From Fidelibacterota bacterium (GTDB lineage Bacteria > Fidelibacterota > UBA2242), in NCBI GenBank assembly GCA_016782645.1, contig JADHYC010000003.1:2819-66818 (forward strand): DNA of 64,000 nt, given 5' to 3'. Of this stretch, positions 1 to 9,865 are shown piece by piece. The notes under the pieces are model-generated. The model ran no database searches. It saw nothing but the letters and a program-made list of their open reading frames with translations, and was not told the DNA's origin. Positions within the stretch are counted from its first letter, which is position 1. Each line of letters opens with the position of its first letter. A program made the position numbers and the translations under genes.

Positions 1-1082
1 AGACGGGCTGTAGTCTCCTCGGTGATGCCGTCGGCGAAATACTCGTCCTCAGACGAGCTTAAATTCTCGAAGGGCAATACCACCAACATTTTTCTTTGGG
101 ACACAAGCTCCTTTTCAATTGGGATGAAATAGCGTAATGTGATTCCAACAGCAAGCGCCACGACAAGAACCAGCCCACCAACCCAAAACCATCGTCGGGC
201 CCGTCTTCTAACCGCCCTCAACGGGGCTGCTGGTCGATTTCGTGTAGTCGGAGCAGCCGTTATACGCTGAAGATGACGTAAATCAGCTACAAGATCTCCT
301 GCAGTCTGGTATCGCTCGGCCGGATTCTTCTCGATGCACTTCTTGACGATTCGCTCAAGCTCCAAAGGTACTTCGGTTCTTAAACCCGTCACTGTCTCTG
401 GCTCTTCATTCAAAATAGAATAGATTACTGCCTGTTCATAATCGCCTTTAAATGGTAATTGTCCGGTAACCATCTCATACAGTACAGTACCCAGTGACCA
501 AATATCTGTTCTGTGATCAACATCCTCTCCACGCGTCTGCTCAGGTGACATATAGGCTGCTGTACCTGTTGTGGTGCCAGTTTTGGTAAGCCTTGCTTGT
601 CCGGCTAATTTCGCAAGACCAAAATCCAAAATCTTCGCAATCCCATCCTTGGTAATCATTATATTAGCCGGTTTGATATCTCTATGCACAATGTCACGTT
701 CATATGCTCTGGCGAGACCTTGAGCAACTTGTATGGCAATTTCAATAGCTTCCTTAATTTTGACAGGACCACTCTTGATCTTTTGATTCAACGTCTTACC
801 TTCATAGTAATCCATGCATATGAACATTTGTCCTTCATCGGTTTCATCAATCTCATGAATAGTACAAATGTTATTGTGTTGAAGAGCTGATGCTGCTTGA
901 GCTTCCTGGATGAATCGAGACTTTGCCTCTGGATCGAGACTAAATGCTGGGGGAAGAAATTTTAGGGCAACGGTGCGTTTTAGCTTCGTGTCCTCTGCTT
1001 TATAGACTACGCCCATTCCGCCCTCGCCGAGTTTTTCGAGTATACGATAATGTGAAATTACTTTCCCATTTGGGATCGCCAT
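1..1082 (-). CDS. Hanks-type Ser/Thr protein kinase with TM helix and downstream 'VVLPFENL...EYFADG' domain; runs off the window start
   Basis: Manual translation from ATG 1082: MAIPNGKVISHYRILEKLGEGGMGVVYKA..VALK..HRDIKPANI..DFGLA..GTAAYMSPEQ..DIWSLG, then a hydrophobic segment WFWVGGLVLVVALAVG. Absent from the ORF track because there is no stop in the window. Confidence 0.95.
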   Translation of the reverse strand, partial: MAIPNGKVISHYRILEKLGEGGMGVVYKAEDTKLKRTVALKFLPPAFSLDPEAKSRFIQEAQAASALQHNNICTIHEIDETDEGQMFICMDYYEGKTLNQKIKSGPVKIKEAIEIAIQVAQGLARAYERDIVHRDIKPANIMITKDGIAKILDFGLAKLAGQARLTKTGTTTGTAAYMSPEQTRGEDVDHRTDIWSLGTVLYEMVTGQLPFKGDYEQAVIYSILNEEPETVTGLRTEVPLELERIVKKCIEKNPAERYQTAGDLVADLRHLQRITAAPTTRNRPAAPLRAVRRRARRWFWVGGLVLVVALAVGITLRYFIPIEKELVSQRKMLVVLPFENLSSSEDEYFADGITEETTAR

Positions 1083-1190
1083 ATTAATACCTTATAGGTT
1101 ATCGAGAGCTATTCCTGCCATGGACGGGTCCACCTACATGCGGAAAGTGGGAAATTGTTTTCCCAGCATATACGCCGTCTTTTTGGTGGA

Positions 1191-2471
1191 TCATAATGTT
1201 TCTCTTTTTATTACTACCAGTGTAATATCATCCATCTGTGGAGCATCTCCAGTATGAAGTTTTACCGCTGCTATGATTTTCTCAATCAGCGTACTTGCGA
1301 GTTCATCCCTGTGCTTCATTGTAACCTCTACCAGTCTATTCTCACCGAATTCCTCCTCGTCGGCATTCATAGCTTCAGTGATGCCATCGGAGTACACTAA
1401 CAACAGGTCTCCCGGACTAAATGGAATCACCTGTTCTTTAAAAATAAAGTTTTCTAGGAAACCAAGAACAGTGCCACCGGTCTCCAATCGGCGAGGTTCT
1501 TTGTCTCCTGAGAAAAGAAATGGATAATCATGACCAGCATTAGAGTAGTATAATTCGTTTTTCTGGGTATTCAGTATTCCATAAAACAGGGTGGCAAACT
1601 TTTGAACGTCAGTGCTTTGAAAGAGGAGTTTATTTGACCGTTGGAGACAATCTTTGCAAGAGGTACTAAAGAGAGTCTGTCCTCGAAGTGTTGCCTGAAG
1701 GTTTGCCATCAACATCGCTGCTGGCATTCCTTTCCCTGAGATATCACCCAGACATATTGCCAGATGATGGTCATCGATGCGAATAAAATCATAATAATCT
1801 CCCCCAACCTCTTTAGCTGGAATACTTTTTCCAGCAATGTCATATCCAGCAATTTGAGGATTTTCCTTTGGCAACAAGTTAATCTGAATTTCATAGGCTA
1901 CTTTCAGTTCCTCTTCCATACGCAGGAGGATCTGTTCTTCTTCATACAAACGGGCGTTTTCAATAACCTGTGCCGATTGGCTGGCAATAATACACATCAG
2001 CCGCTGATCTTCAACGGTAAAACCTTCTTTCGCCTGCTTATTGAAGATATTTAGCACCCCTATCATACGACCTTTCAAGCATAAAGGGACACTCAGAAGC
2101 GATTTAATATTAAAATCCTTTCGATAAGCTATACTGAAGCGTTGATCCTTCTGAAAGTCGTTGATGACCAGAGGTTTTTGGTTCTTTAACATCCACCCTG
2201 ACAGTTGGATGCCAAAGTGGTAGGGGACCACATCAACTTTCGAGTCTACCTTACGTACCATAGTTTGGAAAGGCTTATCCGGTTTTTTCTCATCGAGAAG
2301 CATTATCGATCCCTGTTCCACTTTCAAATGTTTGATACACTTTTGGATGATCAGTTCCACTACCTGGTTTAGTTCTCTCGCGGAGCTTACTGCAGTAGCT
2401 ATTTCATTCAAAATAGAAAGTTCCTGAACAGCAGCACGCAGCCGATGTACTTCATGAGGATCTATTGTCAT
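1191..2471 (-). CDS. GAF + SpoIIE/RsbU-type PP2C phosphatase
   Basis: N-terminal GAF (SLLSVPL..IGVLNIFNK); VGGDYYD, GDISGKG, YSDGITEA and DDITLVVI motifs. Confidence 0.93.
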   Translation of the reverse strand: MTIDPHEVHRLRAAVQELSILNEIATAVSSARELNQVVELIIQKCIKHLKVEQGSIMLLDEKKPDKPFQTMVRKVDSKVDVVPYHFGIQLSGWMLKNQKPLVINDFQKDQRFSIAYRKDFNIKSLLSVPLCLKGRMIGVLNIFNKQAKEGFTVEDQRLMCIIASQSAQVIENARLYEEEQILLRMEEELKVAYEIQINLLPKENPQIAGYDIAGKSIPAKEVGGDYYDFIRIDDHHLAICLGDISGKGMPAAMLMANLQATLRGQTLFSTSCKDCLQRSNKLLFQSTDVQKFATLFYGILNTQKNELYYSNAGHDYPFLFSGDKEPRRLETGGTVLGFLENFIFKEQVIPFSPGDLLLVYSDGITEAMNADEEEFGENRLVEVTMKHRDELASTLIEKIIAAVKLHTGDAPQMDDITLVVIKRETL

Positions 2472-2508
2472 GATCTGATTAATGCTTTTTAGTCAAGGTC
2501 GATATTCC

Positions 2509-3318
2509 TCAGCCTGTTTCATAGCTCTCAATGGCTTCATCAACCGTGTCAAAGCTTTTGAACACTTTTACCAATTGTGTCGTCATTAAGACGCTGTAAA
2601 TTTTACGTGTAGGGCGGGCAATCCTCAAATCACCTCCAGCATTGCATAATGAAGTATAGGAAGCAAGTAGAGCTCCCAAACCGGTACTAGCAAACCATTT
2701 CACTTTTCCCATATCTACCACAATCTTTATTTGACTCTTTTCAATGAGCTCCTTGATATAAGGATGTAAGTGAATACTTTCTGGACCATTCATCATCTTG
2801 CCAGATAATGTTAAGAGCGTGACATCTCCTTTAATAGTTTCTTTAATCCTCATTTCGCTATTCTCCTCCTTTTTTTTCTTTTTAATGTACTTAATCAGAG
2901 TAATTTCATTAATATTGTCTGGTTTTCTCTCAAAATTTACTTCATCCATTAGCGCTTTTATGAGAGGGATTCCTAAACCACCATTCTTATAAGCCATGAA
3001 GTCTTGATTAATATTAAACTGTTCAATATCATCAAATTCAAATGCTTCTCCTCTGTTCTTAATTACTGCTTTGATTGCTTTCTCATCAATTGAAACTTTT
3101 AAGTCAACGCAGGATAGTCGATTACTACTAACTCCATGACGGAAGGCATTGTGGCAGGCTTCCCCAATGGCTAATTCAACCAAGTCTGCTTCCATATCTT
3201 CAAGACCATGTTGGGTGGAAATAAAGTGAATTAACTCCTTTATTTGTTCTAAATGTTTTTCAGAACCAGAAATTGAGATTTTGTAAATTGGATTGGATGA
3301 AGTTGAAATTCTGATCAT
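2509..3318 (-). CDS. Fused RsbW-like anti-sigma kinase (HATPase_c) + STAS anti-anti-sigma domain
   Basis: ELAIGEACHNAFRHG and GGLGIPLIKALMDEV in the N half; STAS motif VVDMGKVKWFASTGLGALL in the C half; internal SD and ATG at 2853. Confidence 0.85.
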   Translation of the reverse strand: MIRISTSSNPIYKISISGSEKHLEQIKELIHFISTQHGLEDMEADLVELAIGEACHNAFRHGVSSNRLSCVDLKVSIDEKAIKAVIKNRGEAFEFDDIEQFNINQDFMAYKNGGLGIPLIKALMDEVNFERKPDNINEITLIKYIKKKKKEENSEMRIKETIKGDVTLLTLSGKMMNGPESIHLHPYIKELIEKSQIKIVVDMGKVKWFASTGLGALLASYTSLCNAGGDLRIARPTRKIYSVLMTTQLVKVFKSFDTVDEAIESYETG

Positions 3319-4034
3319 TGGTCAACTCTAATTACAGTAACAGTTATATTATCATTACCACCGCGCTCATTAGCTAAATTGACAAGCTCTTTGCAGGCAT
3401 TTGTTGGGGAATGCTTCTCCACTATTCGTAGCATCTCCTCACCACCTACTTTTCCAGAAAGACCATCAGAACACAGAAGAAGCACATCACCGTTCTCAAG
3501 TTTTTCACTCGAAATATCAGGTTGTATATTTCCACTTCCCACCGCTTGTAAAATTAAGTTCTTATTAGGGTGAACCTCAGCTATATCATTGGTGATAATA
3601 CCCTTATCCACCATCTGCTGTACCAATGAATGATCCTTAGTAATCTGACGCCATGTTCCCTGCCTGAACAGGTAAATTCTACTATCACCAACGTGGGCAA
3701 AATGTGCAATACTGTCCTTAATTAAAACTGCCACGATAGTGGCCCCCATTCCTTTGAAGTTTTGGTCCTCAGCAGCCTTAAATATTATCTTTTGATTAGT
3801 ATCTAAAATTGCTGACCGGAGAAATAGTGACGGATTTAAAACCGGCTTTAACTTAAATGATTCACAAATGATATTGACAGTCATCCGTGAAGCCGTTTTG
3901 CCACCGCGGTGTCCTCCCATTCCATCAGCTACTATAAAAAGGTACCCCCAAGAAGTTATTTCAGAGCCAAAGTAGTCCTGATTTGTTTCCCGGACCTTCC
4001 CTTTGTCAGAATAATTACCGTCTAAAAGTTTCAA
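3315..4034 (-). CDS. Stp1/PrpC-family PP2C Ser/Thr phosphatase
   Basis: GKVRETNQD, VADGMGGH, HVGDSR, LCSDGL and GGNDNIT motifs; TTG start with AGGTG SD. Confidence 0.93.
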   Translation of the reverse strand: MKLLDGNYSDKGKVRETNQDYFGSEITSWGYLFIVADGMGGHRGGKTASRMTVNIICESFKLKPVLNPSLFLRSAILDTNQKIIFKAAEDQNFKGMGATIVAVLIKDSIAHFAHVGDSRIYLFRQGTWRQITKDHSLVQQMVDKGIITNDIAEVHPNKNLILQAVGSGNIQPDISSEKLENGDVLLLCSDGLSGKVGGEEMLRIVEKHSPTNACKELVNLANERGGNDNITVTVIRVDQ

Positions 4035-4240
4035 TTTTTACACCTACATCAATTCCACATAGTATTTACCGGCTTTTCACATAGCAATATAATCTTGAGT
4101 GATAACATTTTGCAATAAAAAAATTAAGAAAAATGACAAATTTTAACATTGTAGATTAAATAATAAATACGTTTCAAATGATGCACTATGTTTTAAAATG
4201 AATGGTATGTAAATACTATACTGAATGATATATTGTCTTT

Positions 4241-4480
4241 TTACTCGTAAAAATTGCGATCGGTAATGGGAGAGGGAGAATTCTTCTGGTAAAGGTGGTC
4301 TTTATTTCTCATCAGAATCAATACTGACAGGGGTAAATTGTAGAATGTATAGGCCTGAACACACACTTGCCACATACGCATAGCTATAAACGTCACAGGC
4401 CTCCCCAGGAGTTTCATAGTATCCCACTTCATAAGGATTCGATGGTGTGGAGACATCTATGATACGAAGCCCTACATCGA
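4241..4480 (-). pseudogene. Remnant of an LVIVD-repeat secreted protein
   Basis: [35 protein letters not shown], then a stop, then LPEEFSLS (start of a decayed C-terminal sorting domain); no N-terminus. Confidence 0.65.
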
Positions 4481-4608
4481 TTGATTGGAGGAGGGTTTTT
4501 CTATTATGTATACAGTTTACGTTATGCGGAGCAGTGAAGGCTTTATTTATCCGGTTCATTAATTAGTTAGAAAGCCTGAACATTTGATTCCGTTAGGTTT
4601 AGGTCACT

Positions 4609-5889
4609 CTAATTTTCTGCGTGATTAATCAGAGCTTCCAGGTAGCGTGATTTCACCTGTTGGCTTGCAAGGGCCTGTTTGAACGGAGGAAGTTTTAGAA
4701 TTACGCCTAAAACTCCAGCCATGGCTCGATGACTCCATAAGACCTGATTGTCAAAAATCAGGTTCTGCAACTTACCCCGTTCAATGGCCATCAACACCAC
4801 CCTGTGTGTGCCATTCAGGGGGGTAATAACTCTACTTGGTCGAGATTTCAGGTGAATACTGTTCTTTGTGCAAGTCCTAACGCAAACACCGCATCCCAGA
4901 CAGAGATCTTCATCCAACTTCGCCACTTTCATTTTGGGCTTGGCTGGGTTGTTCGATGAAACCAATGTCATTGCTTCTACCGGGCAGGCGGTCACACACT
5001 TGCCACATCCGTTGCAATCAGATTCGGACACAATAGGGATAAAGTTGGTTGTATGGACAGGGTTGAGAATTGCAAAACGTCTGGCAACGATCATCGCCTC
5101 GCAGCAGCACCCACAGCAGTTGCAAATGAAATTAACTTTCTCTCTTACATTTTCACCGAACTGAACCAGTTTTTGTTCATAAGCTTCCTGCAATAAATCA
5201 AGACATTCTTCCTTCTCTATCGAACGGGCACAACCGTACTTAATAAGCGACGCTGCTGTGTTGTTAAATGTCATGCATATTTCCTGCGGTGCATTGCAGG
5301 CTCTGCCCATATGATGCATCTTGTGACGGCAATAACAGATCCCAACACCCCGGTAAGTAGCATTATTTATGACTTCAGTCGCTCGCTCGTAATCCAGAAC
5401 ATACAGTGCATTTTCTTCGGACAAGGCAGGTTCATGGACAAAGGTACGCCCCAACTGAGTTTGGCCCTGGGTGAATAGCTCCCTGATGAAATCTTCTTCC
5501 ACATTTATGTATTCATAAAACAGTTCACTTAATACCTTCTGATCAATGTCATTTCGCACACGCATTAAGGAGAACTCGAAAAACCCCGCCATCGGAGGCG
5601 GCAGAGCATAAACGGACTCCCCATTCTGTTCGATGTCAACCAGGATAGCGCGACCAGCCAATTCATCCAGCACCTTTTGAGTGCTAGTCAGATCCATTTT
5701 CCAGATACGGCTGGCTTTTTTCGCTGTGAAGGATTTGATAGGCATGAGTGAAACCAGTTTGGCCTCTTTCTCACTAAAAAGCATTTTCAAGATTTTGAAT
5801 AATAGTTCAGAAGAGGGTGCGCCCTGAGGATAACGATTCAATCTGTCTGCTAGATTGGAATAACTGGATTTGATTGTGCTATGAGCCAT
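4609..5889 (-). CDS. 4Fe-4S dicluster domain protein
   Basis: CYCR, CNCCGCCC, CNGCGKCVTACP and CLGCGVCVRTC motifs. Confidence 0.88.
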   Translation of the reverse strand: MAHSTIKSSYSNLADRLNRYPQGAPSSELLFKILKMLFSEKEAKLVSLMPIKSFTAKKASRIWKMDLTSTQKVLDELAGRAILVDIEQNGESVYALPPPMAGFFEFSLMRVRNDIDQKVLSELFYEYINVEEDFIRELFTQGQTQLGRTFVHEPALSEENALYVLDYERATEVINNATYRGVGICYCRHKMHHMGRACNAPQEICMTFNNTAASLIKYGCARSIEKEECLDLLQEAYEQKLVQFGENVREKVNFICNCCGCCCEAMIVARRFAILNPVHTTNFIPIVSESDCNGCGKCVTACPVEAMTLVSSNNPAKPKMKVAKLDEDLCLGCGVCVRTCTKNSIHLKSRPSRVITPLNGTHRVVLMAIERGKLQNLIFDNQVLWSHRAMAGVLGVILKLPPFKQALASQQVKSRYLEALINHAEN

Positions 5890-5903
5890 GGTTTTATTTT
5901 TGT

Positions 5904-6125
5904 CTTTCTAACAGTCAATGCGTGAGATACGCCGGTTTTCGAAGCGATTTCATTTGGTAATTCTTAGCTGTTTTGAAAATAGCTCATACTCTTAAATCGT
6001 TGAACAGCTCAAGACGTTATCTCCACGCAATGATTCCACTGCTTGCACTCTGACGCCGAATTAAAGATTTTCGAATATCGTTATTTTATTTATATGGCGT
6101 CAAGTGCGAAGCAGTTTCGTTATGC
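5904..6125 (-). mobile_element. Two fused, partial attC-like recombination sites
   Basis: Minus strand: GCATAAC core, arms CTGCTTCGCACTTGACGCC/GGCGTCAGAGTGCAAGCAG, then directly arms GCGTGGAGATAACGTC/GGCGTATCTCACGC and core GTTAGAA just before the Fe-S gene. Confidence 0.7.
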
Positions 6126-6135
6126 ATCTTTTTCA

Positions 6136-6666
6136 TTATTCATTTTCTTCCTCTAACAAGTCAGTAAGAAGTTTTCTAACATCCATATAATCCAAATTTC
6201 TCAACAGAAATGAGGAATCAATATAATAGTTAGAAAGCTTCTTCCAATATAATCCACTTTGTAGCCTGTCTAAGAATTCTCGAATTTTATACCTTATAAC
6301 CTTGTTGTCGGGATTGGAGATTCCTGTCACATCACCGATCTTGCTTCGATAGTCGATGATAACTCGACTAAATTGCTTTGGTACTCGCTTACCTCTAAAA
6401 AACCAAAGATCCGCCTTGATTTGCATTTCTTCTGCATAAAATTCAATCCATCCAATAATGCGGTTGTATTTCCAAGAGATCTTCCGAGGATTAATAGGAG
6501 GTGGATTATCGCACAAGTATTGTTCATAACTACTATCGTAATTAAATCCATTCTTCTTTTCTTGTTCAATCCTGCGATCCCGAATTTTAGTTAAGTACTC
6601 GTGATATTTTTCGAGTTGTTCTCGATAGATTGGAACACGAAAGATTAAATTATCCTTACGCGACAT
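6136..6666 (-). CDS. Hypothetical protein (putative gene-cassette ORF)
   Basis: 176-aa ORF whose stop lies about 10 bp before an attC-like core; no recognisable family. Confidence 0.75.
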   Translation of the reverse strand: MSRKDNLIFRVPIYREQLEKYHEYLTKIRDRRIEQEKKNGFNYDSSYEQYLCDNPPPINPRKISWKYNRIIGWIEFYAEEMQIKADLWFFRGKRVPKQFSRVIIDYRSKIGDVTGISNPDNKVIRYKIREFLDRLQSGLYWKKLSNYYIDSSFLLRNLDYMDVRKLLTDLLEEENE

Positions 6667-6687
6667 AGTATTTAAAAATTAAAAATG

Positions 6688-6757
6688 GTTTTGAATGTTC
6701 TAAACTCTGAAATCATCGAATAGCTCAAGGCGATATCTCCACGCGAGTTATTTGTTC
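6688..6757 (-). repeat. Partial attC-like copy, homologous to about 5970-6030
   Basis: GCGTGGAGATATCGCCTTGAGCTATTCGATGATTTCAGAGT vs GCGTGGAGATAACGTCTTGAGCTGTTCAACGATTTAAGAGT (minus strand). Confidence 0.65.
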
Positions 6758-6776
6758 ATTAGTCGTAACATTTGCT

Positions 6777-7700
6777 TTATTGTGGTGAAAAACTAATATA
6801 CCCGATTAGTAATGATTTATTTTCATCATAATTGAATAATAGGCGTATTAAAAAACACGCTTCACCATCACCATATCCATTAGGAATTGAGAATTAAACA
6901 AGAATTCTAATAATATCATCAGGATCACCAATATCTGATAAATTTATTTTTGAAATGTCTTTTGTACGTGATAATGTTATTTGATATGGTGCTTCAGTAG
7001 TGGCATTTAAATAATAACCTGAACCGGCTCCTATTTGCTGAATAGCTACGGTTTCGGCTTCAACACTTGTAATATGTGCAGTTTTCATACCTATATTCCG
7101 AAATCTAAAATCTAAAATTGCAGGTGTACAAAAGGGAATATCAAACTCTATAAATTCTTTAGGTTTAAATTTCATATTACATTCTATAGGTTCAAATTCA
7201 TAGAATTTAAGACGTTTCGATTCAATTATCGCTCTTTTTAATATTTCATTGCTTTTCCAGTATAAACGAGAATTAGAAATGTCAAACCATCTCCAAATAA
7301 AAGATAAATATTTTTTTTCAAATACATTTTCATATTTATTATACAGAGTTTGAAGTTTATTCTTAATGATATAATCATAATAGAATCTTCCATATTTCAT
7401 TCGATCTAATTGTTCTTTTTTATTGGCAAAGTTTTCAATTGAGTTCTGTAAATATGGTATTGTAGAATTATTTAAATCCTGATTTAATACATTGCTCTTA
7501 TAGTATTGTTGTACTTTATTGATTGCTTTATTTAGTTCTTTCACTGAGTAAAAAGTTTTTTTCCAAGACTTTTCATAAGCATCTATATATTCAAGTTTGA
7601 GTTTAGCAGGACGAAATTTCCTTTTGTATATGTAAATTGGTATTGCTATTGCGATTATTGGAATAAAAATATATGCAATAAATAAAGTAATATTATCCAT
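6777..7700 (-). pseudogene. Membrane-anchored hypothetical protein, probably interrupted by an in-frame TAA at 6894-6896
   Basis: N-terminal TM helix; the frame stays open for 38 more codons (FSIPNGYGDGEACFLIRLLFNYDENK...) to a TAA at 6777, just before the attC-like repeat. Confidence 0.55.
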
Positions 7701-7902
7701 TATTTCACAACTTTACTATTGATTAGAATATATCCTATGATTATATGACATAATTCACAATTTCAATGTTTCTCATCAGAGAAATTTTTAGTGATAAGAA
7801 CTTTTAAATAAAACTTTCTTCATAATTTTAATTTACTTATTGACAATCCTATTTTCAAGACTTAATGCAGCCACCTCTTGATATATTACTAAGGAGAGCG
7901 TA

Positions 7903-8055
7903 TAATGGATTACATCGTCTTGAATATCGAACAAGGAATTCTGAATGTTGATTTTTGAAGTAAAATTCAATATTCGCTAATCGATGTTCCCTGCCTGACG
8001 GCAGGCAGGCTTGTTCATTATTAAACGATTCTAAAGGATTTTAATGGATTACATC
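7903..8055. repeat. Inverted-repeat element with nested CCTGCCTGACGGCAGGCAGG palindrome, flanked by 14-bp direct repeats
   Basis: TAATGGATTACATC at 7903-7916 and 8042-8055; palindrome at 7990-8009. Confidence 0.65.
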
Positions 8056-8242
8056 ATAGACAATAAAAATAGGATAAAACTGAAGATAAATTCACTGTAA
8101 AATGCAATTAATAAATAGCCCCCATTAGTAACTCCCGGATTTTCTTTTTCTTATTCCATTGACATCCAACAGATTAAAGTGTTTTTACACTCTGAACGGC
8201 GAACACTGAACCTGTGAACGCCTACAATAATTTTTATACTTA

Positions 8243-9310
8243 TCACTCAAACCGATACTGAATTCCAGTAGATAAAAACCACTTATCATAATAGATCCCG
8301 ATATATCTGGTTTCATTCCTCATGAGTGCTAATTTCCCTGTCATTGATAACTTACCGATAACCGGTCTTTCCCAACCGAGGAAAAATTGATTCTGTACGT
8401 TTTGCTCCGGGTCAGGGTTGTAATACATCAGATGTTCAGTCGGATCATCTGTATATTGTTTTAACTGGACTTGTGTAATGACTTGAATTATTGTTTTGAA
8501 TATTTTTCTTGTTGCATAAAGTTGGAGTGAGAGGTTATAAAATGATGAGTAATCACTATTGGAATCAGTAAAAAGAAGTCTGCAATTGGCTCCTGCTATC
8601 ATTTTCTTTCTGTATTCCACACCGATTTGGGTAGATAATATTTTGTCCTTCTGAAAAGGTAGATTAGAGGTTTCATCGCTATCTCCTTCATGAAAGATCG
8701 TACGATTAAGATAGCGGGCTTCAGTATAATCAAGTTTCCAGTTTAGTATAGTGTACGGGTTTAGAGAATGAAGAAGTTCCAGAATAATTCCTTTTTGTTC
8801 GGAATTGAATAGTTTAAATGACTCGTAATAATTATTACGATAATATAATCCGATTTGTGAGATCGTTTTAGCCTTTTTGTATCCTAATCTTCCGTTAATT
8901 TCGCCATTTAGATAATCTCCATTATTGTTTATCCATATTTTATTAAAAAGATTGATGTGAATTGAGAAGAATAATGAAGGTGAAAAATCATGCTTATTTC
9001 GAAGGTTAAAGGTATTTGTTACTTTTTTCTCTCTGGGATTGTTCTGATATACAGCAAAATTCCCTATCCAGTCTATCAATAAAAATTTTTTACTTTTAGT
9101 TTTTGTATAATTTAATCCACACCAGAATTGACCGTTATTATCGAGAACTTCTTTTTCACTGTCTTCGAAGATATTACTTTCTTGTGCAAATTCTGATTTA
9201 AGAAAAAATGAGAAAGATTTTATTATTTCTGCTTCTAAAGAACTGCAGAATAGAAAGACATGTAAATAAAAAATTGTTAAGAATATATTTTTCGTTTTTT
9301 TAGTATTCAA
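8243..9310 (-). CDS. Putative outer-membrane beta-barrel protein
   Basis: Signal peptide, amphipathic aromatic-rich strands, C-terminal GIQYRFE. Confidence 0.7.
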   Translation of the reverse strand: MNTKKTKNIFLTIFYLHVFLFCSSLEAEIIKSFSFFLKSEFAQESNIFEDSEKEVLDNNGQFWCGLNYTKTKSKKFLLIDWIGNFAVYQNNPREKKVTNTFNLRNKHDFSPSLFFSIHINLFNKIWINNNGDYLNGEINGRLGYKKAKTISQIGLYYRNNYYESFKLFNSEQKGIILELLHSLNPYTILNWKLDYTEARYLNRTIFHEGDSDETSNLPFQKDKILSTQIGVEYRKKMIAGANCRLLFTDSNSDYSSFYNLSLQLYATRKIFKTIIQVITQVQLKQYTDDPTEHLMYYNPDPEQNVQNQFFLGWERPVIGKLSMTGKLALMRNETRYIGIYYDKWFLSTGIQYRFE

Positions 9311-9431
9311 TATAAGTGGTTGTTAGTTACTTAAGTTTTGAGTATAAATGAATTTTTAAAATTCAACGTGTGGTGATTTTTAAATAATTCTTTAGCATCT
9401 TATCCGCTAACTGGCTGATATCTTCGACATA

Positions 9432-9845
9432 TTAATATGACTTATTTTTCATTCCAAGTTGATTAGAAATGTTCTTTCCCTTTTCTATCTCTTGAATAGT
9501 CTCGCCTATTTGTTCAATGACTCCTTCAAGATTCTCATATATATCTGTGTTTATGTACCTTAGAAAATGAATACCGTAAGTCTCTATATACTTCTGTCTA
9601 TCATTGTCTTTTGTTTTTGATCCTGGTTGAAAATGACTCGTACCATCAACTTCAATAGCTAATTTTAATTTTGGACAGTAGAAATCAATTACATAAGAGC
9701 TAACACTATACTGCCTTCGAAATTTACAACCATAAACTTGTTTTCCTTTGAGTTTTGACCATAATATAATTTCAGCTTCTGTCATATTTCTTCTTAGATA
9801 TTTTCTTCTTTTTGTTTCTTTTTTTCTATTAAAAACTTTAGTCAT
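9432..9845 (-). CDS. DUF559 (Vsr-like) endonuclease
   Basis: LRRNMTEAEIILW, KFRRQY, IDFYCPKLKLAIEVDGTSH. Confidence 0.92.
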   Translation of the reverse strand: MTKVFNRKKETKRRKYLRRNMTEAEIILWSKLKGKQVYGCKFRRQYSVSSYVIDFYCPKLKLAIEVDGTSHFQPGSKTKDNDRQKYIETYGIHFLRYINTDIYENLEGVIEQIGETIQEIEKGKNISNQLGMKNKSY

Positions 9846-9865
9846 TAGTTTTTACTTTTTATACT

